Shown: positions 28,034 through 39,910 of the stretch, piece by piece
How positions within the stretch are numbered: position 1 is the stretch's first letter
How the letters are laid out: the number at the start of each line of letters is the position of its first letter
Origin: Sphingomonadales bacterium RIFCSPLOWO2_12_FULL_63_15
GTDB taxonomy: Bacteria; Pseudomonadota; Alphaproteobacteria; Sphingomonadales; Sphingomonadaceae
Reading direction: 5' to 3'
Length of the DNA stretch: 64,000 bases
Assembly: GCA_001829085.1 (NCBI GenBank)
Contig: MIAK01000058.1
Location: 29,930-93,929 of the forward strand
Position numbers and translations under genes: made by a program
Notes under the pieces: generated by a model
The model's database searches: none
Seen by the model: the letters and a program-made list of their open reading frames with translations, nothing else
What the model was told of the DNA's origin: nothing

Positions 28034-29017
28034 ATGGAGCGCGCGGAAAAGATTGGTTTAGGCGTCGCGACGGCGGGGCATGTCCTGCTGTTCGGGCTGT
28101 TGTCGGCCGGGTTCCTGGCGACCCCCAACCCATTGAAGCTCAAGACCCCGCCGATGGAAGTCTCCATGGTGGACGAGGTTGCGCTGCAATCGACCGCGCC
28201 GCAAATCTCGACCGCCCCACCGCCGCCCAGCATCGCGCCGGAACAGGGACCGACCGAAGACGCCGCGCCCGCGCCGGAACCTACCCCCGCGCCCGAACCG
28301 ACCCCGCAGCCGACCCCCGCCCCGCCCAAGCCGCAACCCAAACCGACCCCGCCCAAGGAGGTCGCGAAACCCGCGCCCGCCAAGCCCAAGCCTGCGCCCG
28401 CCAAAAAGGACGTCGCCAAGGCGAAGCCCAAGCCCAAAGCCGCGCCCGAAAAGCCTGCGCCCAAGGCCAAGGCCACCCCCGCCAAGCCCAAGGCAGCGTC
28501 CAAGCCGTCGAAGCCCGCCACCAAGGCATCGACCAAGCCCACCGCCAAGCCCAAGGCCGACGCCCGCGCCTCCGGCCAGGGCAAGGCGGACAAGCCCAAA
28601 GGCTCGCTGCTGGGCAAGGATTTCCTAAAAGGGATCGACACCAGCGCCGACGCGCCGCGTCGTCCCCCTGCCCCCGCGCCCGCCGCCGCCATGGGCGCAG
28701 CGCAGAAATCTGCGCTCGACGCCGAATTGCGCCGCCAGTTGAAGCCGCATTGGCGTCCGCCATCGGGCGCAGACGCCGACAAGCTCGTTACCCTGCTCGA
28801 AGTGCGGCTCGACAAGAGCGGCGCGGTCATCGGCACGCCGCAGGTGATCGACCAGCTCGGCGTCACCGCCAGCAACCGGCCACAGGCCAAGCTCCATGCC
28901 GAACGCGCGATCCAGGCGGTGAAGCTCGCTTCCCCCTTCCGCAACATGCCACCCGAATTTTACGACCAATGGAAATGGCTCCGGCCACTCCGCTTTGACG
29001 CGAGGCTGAACCGATGA
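28034..29017 (+). CDS. tolA: TolA
   Basis: N-terminal TM with H, Pro/Lys/Ala-rich linker, TonB-C-like C-terminus; position in the tol operon. Confidence 0.85.
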   Translation: MERAEKIGLGVATAGHVLLFGLLSAGFLATPNPLKLKTPPMEVSMVDEVALQSTAPQISTAPPPPSIAPEQGPTEDAAPAPEPTPAPEPTPQPTPAPPKPQPKPTPPKEVAKPAPAKPKPAPAKKDVAKAKPKPKAAPEKPAPKAKATPAKPKAASKPSKPATKASTKPTAKPKADARASGQGKADKPKGSLLGKDFLKGIDTSADAPRRPPAPAPAAAMGAAQKSALDAELRRQLKPHWRPPSGADADKLVTLLEVRLDKSGAVIGTPQVIDQLGVTASNRPQAKLHAERAIQAVKLASPFRNMPPEFYDQWKWLRPLRFDARLNR

Positions 29018-30348
29018 AACCCACCCTGCTCCGCCGCCTGCAGCTGGCGACCGCCGCGCTGCTCGCCTTCACCGCCCTGCCCGCCCACGCCCAGCTGTCG
29101 GTCGACGTCACCGGCGAGATTGACAGCAATGTCAAGGTCGCGGTGCCGCCCATGCCCGCGCAGCAGGAGGTGACAACCCCCGCCGGGTCCGCCACCGAAC
29201 TGGGCCGCAAGATCGCCGAAGTCATCGCGTCCGACCTCAAAGGCTCGGGCCTGTTCGAGCCATCGGGTCCGGGCGGCCTGCCGGTCATCCCCTTTGCCGA
29301 AGTCACCTTCCCCCAGTTCGACAAATGGGGCGCCTATCAGGCGCTGGTCCAGGGCTTCGTCCGCACCAGCGGCGGCGAGGCCGACATCACCGTGGGCTGC
29401 TATCTCTACGACGTCGCGCTCAAGCAGGAACTCACCCGTCAGGGCTATGTAGTCGCGCCGCGCGACTGGCGGCGCGCTGCGCATAAATGCGCCGACGCCA
29501 TCTATGCCCGCCTGTCGGGCGAAAGCCCCTTCTTCGACAGCCGCATCGCCTATATCGCCGAAAGCGGGCCGAAGGGGAATCGCGTCAAACGCCTCGCCAT
29601 CATGGATTCGGACGGGGCCAATCACCGCTTCATTACCAATGGCCAATCGATGGCGCTCACCCCGCGCTTCTCGCCCGATTATAAATCCATCCTCTATGTC
29701 AGCTATTTGGGCAGCCGGGTGCGCCTCTATGTCTATGACATCGGGGCCGGGCAGCAGCGTCTGGTGACCGAAAGCAACAACCCGACCTTCGCCCCGCGCT
29801 GGTCGCCCGATGGCCGCAACATCCTCTTCTCGATGGCAGTGGCGGGCAATACCGACATTTATCGCATCGGCGCCAATGGCGGGACGCCGATGCGCCTCAC
29901 CACCTCGCCCGGCATCGACGTCGGCGGCAGCTATTCGCCCGATGGCTCCAGGATCGTGTTCGAAAGCGATCGGTCGGGCGGGCAGCAGCTCTATGTCATG
30001 AACGCCGATGGCTCGAACCAGCGCCGCATCAGCCATGGCGGTGGCCGCTATGCGACGCCCGAATGGAGCCCGCGCGGCGATCTCATCGCCTTCACCAAAT
30101 TGGCGGGCGACTTCAAGATCGCGGTCATGACGCCCAGCGGCGACAATGAGCGCATCCTGACCAATGGCTGGCAGGATGAACAGCCGACCTGGTCGCCCAA
30201 TGGCCGCGTGCTCCAATTCTTCCGCACCACGCCCGGTCGCCAGGGGGCGAGCCAAGTGTGGCAGGTCGACCTGACTGGCGTCAACGAACGGCGCATCCCC
30301 ACGCCGCTTAGCGGCTCCGATCCCGCCTGGGGACCATTGCTGCCCTGA
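29014..30348 (+). CDS. tolB: TolB
   Basis: Signal peptide; PD40 repeats (PRFSPD, PRWSPD, PEWSP, PTWSP). Confidence 0.95.
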   Translation: MKPTLLRRLQLATAALLAFTALPAHAQLSVDVTGEIDSNVKVAVPPMPAQQEVTTPAGSATELGRKIAEVIASDLKGSGLFEPSGPGGLPVIPFAEVTFPQFDKWGAYQALVQGFVRTSGGEADITVGCYLYDVALKQELTRQGYVVAPRDWRRAAHKCADAIYARLSGESPFFDSRIAYIAESGPKGNRVKRLAIMDSDGANHRFITNGQSMALTPRFSPDYKSILYVSYLGSRVRLYVYDIGAGQQRLVTESNNPTFAPRWSPDGRNILFSMAVAGNTDIYRIGANGGTPMRLTTSPGIDVGGSYSPDGSRIVFESDRSGGQQLYVMNADGSNQRRISHGGGRYATPEWSPRGDLIAFTKLAGDFKIAVMTPSGDNERILTNGWQDEQPTWSPNGRVLQFFRTTPGRQGASQVWQVDLTGVNERRIPTPLSGSDPAWGPLLP

Positions 30349-30468
30349 TTATCGCCCTTCCCACCTGTCCGGCATGGAACCCATTCGTCTTGACAGCGTA
30401 ACGAACTTCACGGAGCCTGCCTGCGTCCCGATCCGGGCGCAGGTCGCGCTGAAACAAGGAGACACGCA

Positions 30469-30981
30469 ATGAAAATGTCCCGCACCCTTTTGATGGCCAC
30501 CGCCATCATCGCGCTCGCCGCCTGCTCGAAAAAGCCGCCGGCCGAACTCCCCCCCGCCCCCGGCGGCACCGACACCAGCATGCCCAGCGGCCCGATGACG
30601 CCGACCGGCCCGGTCAAGGGTAGCCAGGAAGATTTCGTCGCCTCGGTCGCGTCCGACCGCATCCTCTTCGCGCTCAACGAATATGACATCGATGCGCAGG
30701 ATCAGGCGACGCTGCAGAGCCAGGCCGCCTGGCTGCAACAGAACCCCGCCGTCCGCGTCACGATCGAGGGCCATGCCGACGAACGCGGCACCCGCGACTA
30801 TAATATCGCGCTCGGCGAACGCCGCGCCAACGCCGCGAAAAACTATCTGGCTTCGCTGGGCATCGATTCGGGCCGCATCACCACGGTCAGCTATGGCAAG
30901 GAACGCCCCGCCGCGCTCGGCTCGGACGAAACCTCCTGGGCGCAAAACCGCCGCGCGGTAACGGTAACGATCCAATATTGA
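30469..30981 (+). CDS. pal: Peptidoglycan-associated lipoprotein
   Basis: Lipobox LAAC; IEGHADERGT..YNIALGERRA; NRRA. Confidence 0.97.
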   Translation: MKMSRTLLMATAIIALAACSKKPPAELPPAPGGTDTSMPSGPMTPTGPVKGSQEDFVASVASDRILFALNEYDIDAQDQATLQSQAAWLQQNPAVRVTIEGHADERGTRDYNIALGERRANAAKNYLASLGIDSGRITTVSYGKERPAALGSDETSWAQNRRAVTVTIQY

Positions 30982-31000
30982 TCGCTCCGATCCTCTGACC

Positions 31001-31036
31001 AAAAGGCCCGCCCGTCCCCCGACCGGCGGGCCTTTT
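31001..31036. terminator. Bidirectional rho-independent terminator after pal
   Basis: AAAAGGCCCGCC / GGCGGGCCTTTT. Confidence 0.85.
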
Positions 31037-31066
31037 AGTAAGTTTAGTAAGAACGCCCCAACGCTC

Positions 31067-31102
31067 CGTCATCCCCGCGAAAGCGGGGACCCATCTCCCA
31101 CC
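31067..31102 (+). repeat. Solo CGTC REP arm
   Basis: CGTCATCCCCGCGAAAGCGGGGACCCATCTCC matches 13741-13772 at 31 of 32 nt. Confidence 0.9.
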
Positions 31103-31127
31103 CTAAAACCCAGGCGAAACGGTGAGG

Positions 31128-31580
31128 TCACTCCACCCCAGCCCGCTGCTCCGCCATCCGTAAACTGAGCAACCCCAACAACTCGACCCCGACCTCGACC
31201 GCGCCATCGGGCAATCCGCTGAGCAACCCCGCGCGCAGTTCCGCCAGCCGCGCCGCGATCTTCTCCGCCAGCGCCTTGCCCGCGTCCGTCAGCGCCAGCC
31301 GATTGGACCGTTTATCATCAGGATCAGCGATCCGCTCGATCCACCCGGCGATCTGCAACTGGTCCAGCGTCCGCACCAGCGACGGCGGGCTGATATCCAG
31401 CAACAGCGCCAATTCCGCCTGCCGGGGCGGCTCGGCCAATCGGCCCAGATGCATCAGGCACCATCCCGCGCTGCTCGACACGCCGAACTGCGCCAGCGCG
31501 GCATCGCCCATCTGCCGCCAGCCGCGCGCGACAGGGGCCAGCAGATGCAACAAAGCCAATTCCTGTTCCGCGTCCGCCAT
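31128..31580 (-). CDS. MarR/SlyA-family transcriptional regulator
   Basis: RQAELA..LDISPPSLVRTLDQL...IER..DP.DKRS winged helix. Confidence 0.9.
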   Translation of the reverse strand: MADAEQELALLHLLAPVARGWRQMGDAALAQFGVSSSAGWCLMHLGRLAEPPRQAELALLLDISPPSLVRTLDQLQIAGWIERIADPDDKRSNRLALTDAGKALAEKIAARLAELRAGLLSGLPDGAVEVGVELLGLLSLRMAEQRAGVE

Positions 31581-31585
31581 AATGG

Positions 31586-31601
31586 TTAGATAGCTAACTA
31601 A
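31586..31601. promoter_or_regulatory. Candidate MarR autoregulatory operator
   Basis: TTAGATAGCTAACTAA, a 16-bp palindrome with one mismatched pair, 5 nt upstream of the marR ATG. Confidence 0.6.
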
Positions 31602-31692
31602 TCAAATTGGCACAAGTCGCAACCTATGTCCGGGTCGCTGTCCGCTTTGCGGAATGGCTTGGGGTTCGGGCCGCGCCCGAACCCCCAACCCG

Positions 31693-31995
31693 TCAGGCCC
31701 GCCGCGTCCCCGTAAAGGCCGAAGCCCCGAACGCGCCCAACTGCATCGTGCCCGTAATCGCATCGCCGCTGACCGTGGCTTCGCATTCCAGCGTCATCGG
31801 CATCGGCATGGTCATTTCCATCTTCCAGGTCAGGGTGTCGCCCGCGACCTTGCCATCGACCACGTCCAGCGACCCCATCATCCCGGCGAAGGTGCCGTTG
31901 AACCGGTCCCCGCTGCTGACGACGGTGAACACGCCATTCTGATCGCCCATCGGCGTCTTGGCCACGCAATCATAAGCGCCATCGACAGTTGCCAT
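31693..31995 (-). CDS. Hypothetical small beta-rich protein (~100 aa)
   Basis: AAAGGAG RBS 8 nt before ATG 31995; TPMG...G..F.G.R pattern. Confidence 0.75.
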   Translation of the reverse strand: MATVDGAYDCVAKTPMGDQNGVFTVVSSGDRFNGTFAGMMGSLDVVDGKVAGDTLTWKMEMTMPMPMTLECEATVSGDAITGTMQLGAFGASAFTGTRRA

Positions 31996-32019
31996 TTCAT
32001 TCACTCCTTTACGTGGCCG

Positions 32020-34887
32020 TCAATCAGCCAATGTGCCTGTTTCTACGGGCAAGCCCACCGCGTCAAGCTGTGGCCGCACCAGTTTGGCGTCGCCCACCAC
32101 GACCCAGATCAGCCCGTCGGCGTTGATCGCCTCGCGCGCCGCCTTGTCGAAATCGGCCGCCGTCATCGCCCGATAGATTTTGGGCAGCGTCTCATAGAAA
32201 TCATCCGCCCGCCCAATCAGGTCGTTGCGCATCATCGCGCCCAGCAGGTCCGACGAGGTTTCGAAACTGCCCGGCAGCGAGAGTATCTGGCCGTTGATCG
32301 TCTGGTCGCGCTCGGCCTTGGTCGTGCCCTTGCTCGTCAGGAAATCCTTGATGTCCTGCCGCGCCGCGATGATCGACTCGCCCGTCTTGTCGCTCTGCAC
32401 CGGAGCATAGACCAGCAGCGGGATCGTATCCTTGACCCCCGGCAAAGCCGTCCCCGCGCCATAGGCCCAGCCCTTGGTCTCGCGCAGGTCCATGGTCAGC
32501 CGCGACGTCGTGCTGCCGCCCAGCACCTCATTGGCGGACTGGAGCGTCACCGGATTGTCGGTGCCCTTCTTGGCGGTCAGCACGCCCGCCAGGATCATCG
32601 ACTGCGGGCTTTGCGGCTTGTCGATCAGGATGATCCGCGCCGGGCGCGCCATCCGGTCCATGCGGAACAGCTTGGTCCCCTTCGCCGCCGCCGGGGCCTT
32701 CCAGTCGCCAAAGCGCTTTTCCAGCAAGGGCAGCAATTCGGTCAGCGTCGTGTCGCCGGTCACGAAAATCTTGGCATTGTCGGGCCGCAGCCAGCCGTCA
32801 TGGAAGGCGACCAGATCGGCCCGCGTCACCGCCTTGACCCCGCTCTCGGTGCCCGACCCGGTGAAGGGGATGCCATAGGGATGCGCCGTGCCATAGAGCA
32901 AGGGCGGCAGCATCCGCTGGGCGATCGCCATCGGCTCGGTCTTCTCCGCCGCGATCCGCGTCAGCATCTGCCCGCGCAGCCGCTCGACCTCGGCCGGGGC
33001 AAAGGCCGGATTGCGCACCACGTCGGCCAGCAGGCCAAGCGAGGCATCCAGATTGGGCTTGAGCGCGAACAGGCCGACCGTCGTGCGATCCATGCTGTTG
33101 CCCGCACTCACCGCCGCGCCCAGCCGCTCCTGCTCCTGCGCGATGGTGAGCGAACTGCGGGTCTTGGTCCCTTCGTCCAGCAACGCCGTGGTCAGCGCCG
33201 CCGTGCCGAGCTTCGCCCGATCATCGGCGGCATTGCCCGCATCGAACGCCACCGACACCCGCACCGTCGGCACCGTGGCGCGGCGCGCGAAGACGACCGG
33301 AATGCCGTTGCTGAGCTTGGCATGTTCGACCGGCGGAAAGTCGAGGTCCGCCACCGGCTCGATCGGCGGTTCGGCGATCTTGGTCGGCTTGGGCGGCGTC
33401 CCCGCCATGGGCGCAGGCGCATCGGGATCGCGGAAATAAGCGGGTTGCATCGTCGCATTGCCCGCCAGCGCATTATCCGCCGCCGTCCGTTCGCCCGGTG
33501 CCACCGTCAGGCGGAATACCGGCCGTCCCAGCCACTTGCGCGCCGCTTCCGTCACTTGGCGCGGGGTCGCCGCGGCATAGGCGGCCAGATCCTTCTTGTA
33601 GGTCGCCGGATCGTCCGAATAGACCGCGCCTTCGGCCAGCGTCACCGCCTTGCCGGAAAAGCCGCCGACCTGCTCCAGCCCCGAAATCGTCCCCGCCACC
33701 CGCTGCGTCGCGGCGCGCTGCACCTCGTCGGCGCTTGGGCCCTTGGCCAGATAATCGGCCAGCAGCTGGTCGAGCCGCTTGCCCACCGCCACCGCATCTT
33801 CGCCCGGCTTCACGTCCACCGTGATCTCGGCAATGCTCAGCTTCTCGAACGGCTGGACATTGGCCTTGACGCCCACCGCCACCTTCTCGTCGCGCACCAG
33901 TGTCGTGTAGAGCCGCGACGATCCCAGCCCGCCGAACACAGACAGCGCCAGGTCGAGCGCGGGCAGGTCCGCGCCATTGACGCCCGGCACCACCCAGTTG
34001 CGATACAGCCGCGTCGCCGCGACATTATCCTTCATCAGCTTCTCGACATCCTTGTCGAGCGTCGGGACGGTCGCGTCCACATCCTGGGGCGGCGGCCCCG
34101 CGGGGATGTTGCCGAACCAGCGGTCCACCTTTTTCTTGGCGGTCGCCATGTCGATATCGCCCGCCAGCACCAGCACGGCATTGTTCGGGCCATAATGCGT
34201 CTTGAACCACATCTGCACATCGGCGAGGCTCGCGGCATTCAGGTCCGCCATCGAGCCGATGGTGGAGTGGCGATAGGGATGGCCTTCGGGCAGCAGCGCG
34301 GCGAGCTGCGCATATTCGACCAGGCCATAGGGCTGATTCTCGCCCATGCGCTTTTCATTCTGGACGACGCCGCGCTGGGTATCCAGCTTCGCCTGCGTCA
34401 CCGCGCCCAGCAAATGGCCCATCCGGTCGGATTCCAGGAACAGCGCCCGGTCGAGCGCGCCCGTCGGCACCGTCTCGAAATAGTTGGTGCGATCGAACCA
34501 GGTCGTCCCGTTCCAATCGGTCGCGCCGATATCCTCCAACCGCCCGAAGAACGGCCCATCGGCATTTTCCGACCCATAGAACATCAGATGCTCGAACAGA
34601 TGCGCAAAGCCCGTCTTGCCCGCAGGCTCGAAGCGCGATCCGACATGATACCAGACCGACACCGCCACCACCGGCGCCTTGCGGTCGGTATGGACGATGA
34701 CGCGCAGGCCGTTCTTCAGCGTGAATTCTTCATAGGGAATGTCGACCGCCGACACGAGGCTGGAAAGCGGCGCGGGCGCGGCGATGGCGGCGGTGCCCTG
34801 CGCCACCGCCTGGGTCACGGGCGTCATCGCCAGCATGGACAGGCCGATCAGCAGGGGCAGGCGGCGCGGCAGGGAAGACAGGATCAT
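32020..34887 (-). CDS. M16 (pitrilysin/PqqL-like) zinc protease, double-domain
   Basis: Signal peptide; WYHVGS..E and GFAHLFEH (HxxEH) motifs. Confidence 0.92.
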   Translation of the reverse strand: MILSSLPRRLPLLIGLSMLAMTPVTQAVAQGTAAIAAPAPLSSLVSAVDIPYEEFTLKNGLRVIVHTDRKAPVVAVSVWYHVGSRFEPAGKTGFAHLFEHLMFYGSENADGPFFGRLEDIGATDWNGTTWFDRTNYFETVPTGALDRALFLESDRMGHLLGAVTQAKLDTQRGVVQNEKRMGENQPYGLVEYAQLAALLPEGHPYRHSTIGSMADLNAASLADVQMWFKTHYGPNNAVLVLAGDIDMATAKKKVDRWFGNIPAGPPPQDVDATVPTLDKDVEKLMKDNVAATRLYRNWVVPGVNGADLPALDLALSVFGGLGSSRLYTTLVRDEKVAVGVKANVQPFEKLSIAEITVDVKPGEDAVAVGKRLDQLLADYLAKGPSADEVQRAATQRVAGTISGLEQVGGFSGKAVTLAEGAVYSDDPATYKKDLAAYAAATPRQVTEAARKWLGRPVFRLTVAPGERTAADNALAGNATMQPAYFRDPDAPAPMAGTPPKPTKIAEPPIEPVADLDFPPVEHAKLSNGIPVVFARRATVPTVRVSVAFDAGNAADDRAKLGTAALTTALLDEGTKTRSSLTIAQEQERLGAAVSAGNSMDRTTVGLFALKPNLDASLGLLADVVRNPAFAPAEVERLRGQMLTRIAAEKTEPMAIAQRMLPPLLYGTAHPYGIPFTGSGTESGVKAVTRADLVAFHDGWLRPDNAKIFVTGDTTLTELLPLLEKRFGDWKAPAAAKGTKLFRMDRMARPARIILIDKPQSPQSMILAGVLTAKKGTDNPVTLQSANEVLGGSTTSRLTMDLRETKGWAYGAGTALPGVKDTIPLLVYAPVQSDKTGESIIAARQDIKDFLTSKGTTKAERDQTINGQILSLPGSFETSSDLLGAMMRNDLIGRADDFYETLPKIYRAMTAADFDKAAREAINADGLIWVVVGDAKLVRPQLDAVGLPVETGTLAD

Positions 34888-35040
34888 GAAGGAGCCTTCT
34901 GACAAAAGCAGCGGGGTGAAACCGCCCGCAGGATGGCGCTAGAATAGCGGGGCGTTTTAGCAGCGCAATACGCATACGGCTGGACAGCGCGAACCGCGAC
35001 GATAGGTTCCGCTCCATCATCGACCTTAAAAGAGTAACCC

Positions 35041-36663
35041 ATGCGCTTTCGCCTTCCCGTCCTCGTCTCCCTGCTTGCCCTCGCCGCCCCGGCTTTCGCT
35101 CAGGAACCGACCTTCTCCCCCGACGCGATCCGCGCCGACGTGACATTCCTCGCCGACGACCTGCTCGAAGGACGCGATGCGGGCACGCGCGGCTATGACA
35201 TCGCCGTCCGCTTCGTCGCCGCCCGCTTCGCCGCGCTCGGCCTGACCCAGGCGGTCAAGGATAGCTGGTATCAGCCGGTAACGCTGGCATTGGCCGATCT
35301 CGACAAGACCGCGCCCGCCGCGCTCACCATCGGCGGCCAGCGGTTCGCCAATGGCACCGATGTCGCGATCGGCGGCTTCGGCCGCGAGGCCAAGCAGAGC
35401 ATCGCCGCCGGGGCCGTGTTCGTCGGCTATGGCCTGCAATCGGATCGGGAGAAGATCGACGATTATGCCGGGCTGGACCTCAAGGGCAAATTCGCGGTCG
35501 CCCTCTCCGGCTCGCCCGTCGGTATGCCCAGCGAAGTCGGCGCGCATCTTGCCGCTGAAAAGGCGCTGGCGGCGCAGAAGGCCGGGGCCATCGGCCTCAT
35601 CACTCTGCCCAGCCCCAGCCTGCTCGCCCGCATGCCCTGGGACAAGCTGCGCGAGCGCAGCAATGATCCGGTCGTCAGCTGGATCGACGGCCAGGGCCAG
35701 CCCTATGTCCGCACGCCCGCCATCCGCGCCACCGCCACGGTCCATGGCCCGGCCGCAGAGGCGCTCTTCGCCGGGTCGCGCGGCAATCTCGCCGCCATCC
35801 TGGAGCAGGCAGGCAAGAAGGGTGGCCGCCCCAAGGGCTTTGCCCTCCAGCCCCTCGTCACGCTGGAGCGCGCCAGTTCCGTCAGCACGGCCCCCTCGGC
35901 CAATGTGCTGGCGATGCTGCCCGGCTCCGATCCGACGCTGGCGCATGAATATGTGCTGTTGATGGCCCATCTCGACCATAATGGCGTCAAGCAGAGCGCG
36001 AAGGGCGACGACAAAATCTATAACGGCGCGATGGACAATGCGTCGGGCACCGCGACCATGCTGGCGGTGGCGAAGGCCTTTACGGAAGGCGGCGCACGGC
36101 CCAAACGCTCGATCCTGTTCGCCGCCGTGACTGCGGAAGAGGACGGGCTGCTCGGCTCGCAATATCTCGCCAAGCACCCGGTCCTGCCCGCAGGCGGCAA
36201 GCTCGTCGGCGTCGTCAATCTCGACATGCCGATCCTGACCTATGATTTTCAGGACGTGGTGGCCTTCGGCGCGGAACATTCGACGCTCGGCCCGATCGTC
36301 GATCGCGCCGCCCAATCGGTCGGCGTCGCCCTGTCGCCCGACCCGCTGCCCGCCGAAGGGCTGTTTACCCGCTCGGACCATTATCGCTTCGTGCAGGAAG
36401 GCGTGCCCGCCGTCTTCCTGATGACCGGTTTCGCCGGGGCGGGCAAAGCCGCGTTCGAACATTTCCTCAAGACCCAATATCACCAGCCATCCGACCAGAT
36501 TGACCTGCCCTTCAACTGGAATGCCGCCGCCAAATTCGCCCGCGTCAACTATGCCATCGCCCGCCAGATCGCCGACGCGCCGGAAGCACCACGCTGGTAT
36601 GCGCAGGATTTCTTCGGCGACGCCTTTGCCGCCGACCAGCCCAAGGCCCCCAGCCCCAAGTAA
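35041..36663 (+). CDS. M28-family peptidase with PA domain
   Basis: Signal peptide; AHLDH, GAMDNASG, TAEEDGLLGS, NLDM and SDH motifs. Confidence 0.9.
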   Translation: MRFRLPVLVSLLALAAPAFAQEPTFSPDAIRADVTFLADDLLEGRDAGTRGYDIAVRFVAARFAALGLTQAVKDSWYQPVTLALADLDKTAPAALTIGGQRFANGTDVAIGGFGREAKQSIAAGAVFVGYGLQSDREKIDDYAGLDLKGKFAVALSGSPVGMPSEVGAHLAAEKALAAQKAGAIGLITLPSPSLLARMPWDKLRERSNDPVVSWIDGQGQPYVRTPAIRATATVHGPAAEALFAGSRGNLAAILEQAGKKGGRPKGFALQPLVTLERASSVSTAPSANVLAMLPGSDPTLAHEYVLLMAHLDHNGVKQSAKGDDKIYNGAMDNASGTATMLAVAKAFTEGGARPKRSILFAAVTAEEDGLLGSQYLAKHPVLPAGGKLVGVVNLDMPILTYDFQDVVAFGAEHSTLGPIVDRAAQSVGVALSPDPLPAEGLFTRSDHYRFVQEGVPAVFLMTGFAGAGKAAFEHFLKTQYHQPSDQIDLPFNWNAAAKFARVNYAIARQIADAPEAPRWYAQDFFGDAFAADQPKAPSPK

Positions 36664-36694
36664 ATCGCCAGCCTGCGGAAATTGCGTATCGCCC

Positions 36695-36722
36695 CTTGTG
36701 TGCTTTTTAGGCAACACCACAT
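36695..36722 (+). promoter_or_regulatory. Candidate RpoH (sigma32) promoter of clpB
   Basis: CTTGTG-N16-CCACAT resembles the alphaproteobacterial RpoH consensus; heat-shock gene downstream. Confidence 0.5.
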
Positions 36723-36766
36723 GAGGGGCAGCATCACGAAGGGCCCGTTCTTCCAGAAGGCATGTT

Positions 36767-39343
<2,577 letters not shown>

Positions 39344-39350
39344 GCATTAA

Positions 39351-39390
39351 CCGATCCGTCGGAGCGACAATCGTCGCTCCGACGGATCGG
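39351..39390. terminator. Perfect 18-bp hairpin between convergent genes
   Basis: CCGATCCGTCGGAGCGAC-AATC-GTCGCTCCGACGGATCGG; no U tract. Confidence 0.55.
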
Positions 39391-39395
39391 CTTGA

Positions 39396-39653
39396 TCAGT
39401 TGTTCATGACTGTACCACTGCGATTACGGTCGACCAAATCCTGCGCTTCGCGGCTTTGATGGTCCACTATCGTCTTCCATTGGGCGTTGGTTTTGCAGAC
39501 GCGGGTTTTACGCACCAATGATCCGATGACTTCTATTTTCCGACACCGGATCGCATCGGGATCATTACGGTTCAAAGCGGGGCGCTCATCTGCCAGCAGA
39601 GGCGCGGGCAACAACAATAAACTGGATGCAATCACGGCCTTGAGGAATGGCAT
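39396..39653 (-). CDS. Small secreted two-cysteine hypothetical protein
   Basis: 85 aa; signal peptide; IRCRK...GSLVRK.RVCKT..QW; AAGGAG RBS. Confidence 0.75.
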   Translation of the reverse strand: MPFLKAVIASSLLLLPAPLLADERPALNRNDPDAIRCRKIEVIGSLVRKTRVCKTNAQWKTIVDHQSREAQDLVDRNRSGTVMNN

Positions 39654-39910
39654 AATAATTCTCCTTGGTAATCAATCCAATTTTGCTCGTGTCATAACCA
39701 GATTTGACAGGCTAGGCCCACATTCAGCGCGAGCGATGGTCGATACATCAAATCTGTGACAACTGCCGTGGATGGGCAAGCCCAAAGTGCAGCCTTCGCG
39801 TCTAGCTGCAATCTACAGCTTTGAAAAATCCTACCAGCTTGGGTCTGCCACAGGGAATCCGGCCTGACGATAACTTGTTTCCGATAATCCACCATGCCAA
39901 CACGGCAATC

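Noticed and set aside
28179-28700. Pro/Lys/Ala low-complexity repeats as a novel tandem repeat
   Set aside because: This is the normal TolA linker.
31654-34902. 1082-aa + strand ORF
   Set aside because: Antisense shadow of the M16 peptidase; Arg/His-rich with no recognisable domain, typical of high-GC DNA.
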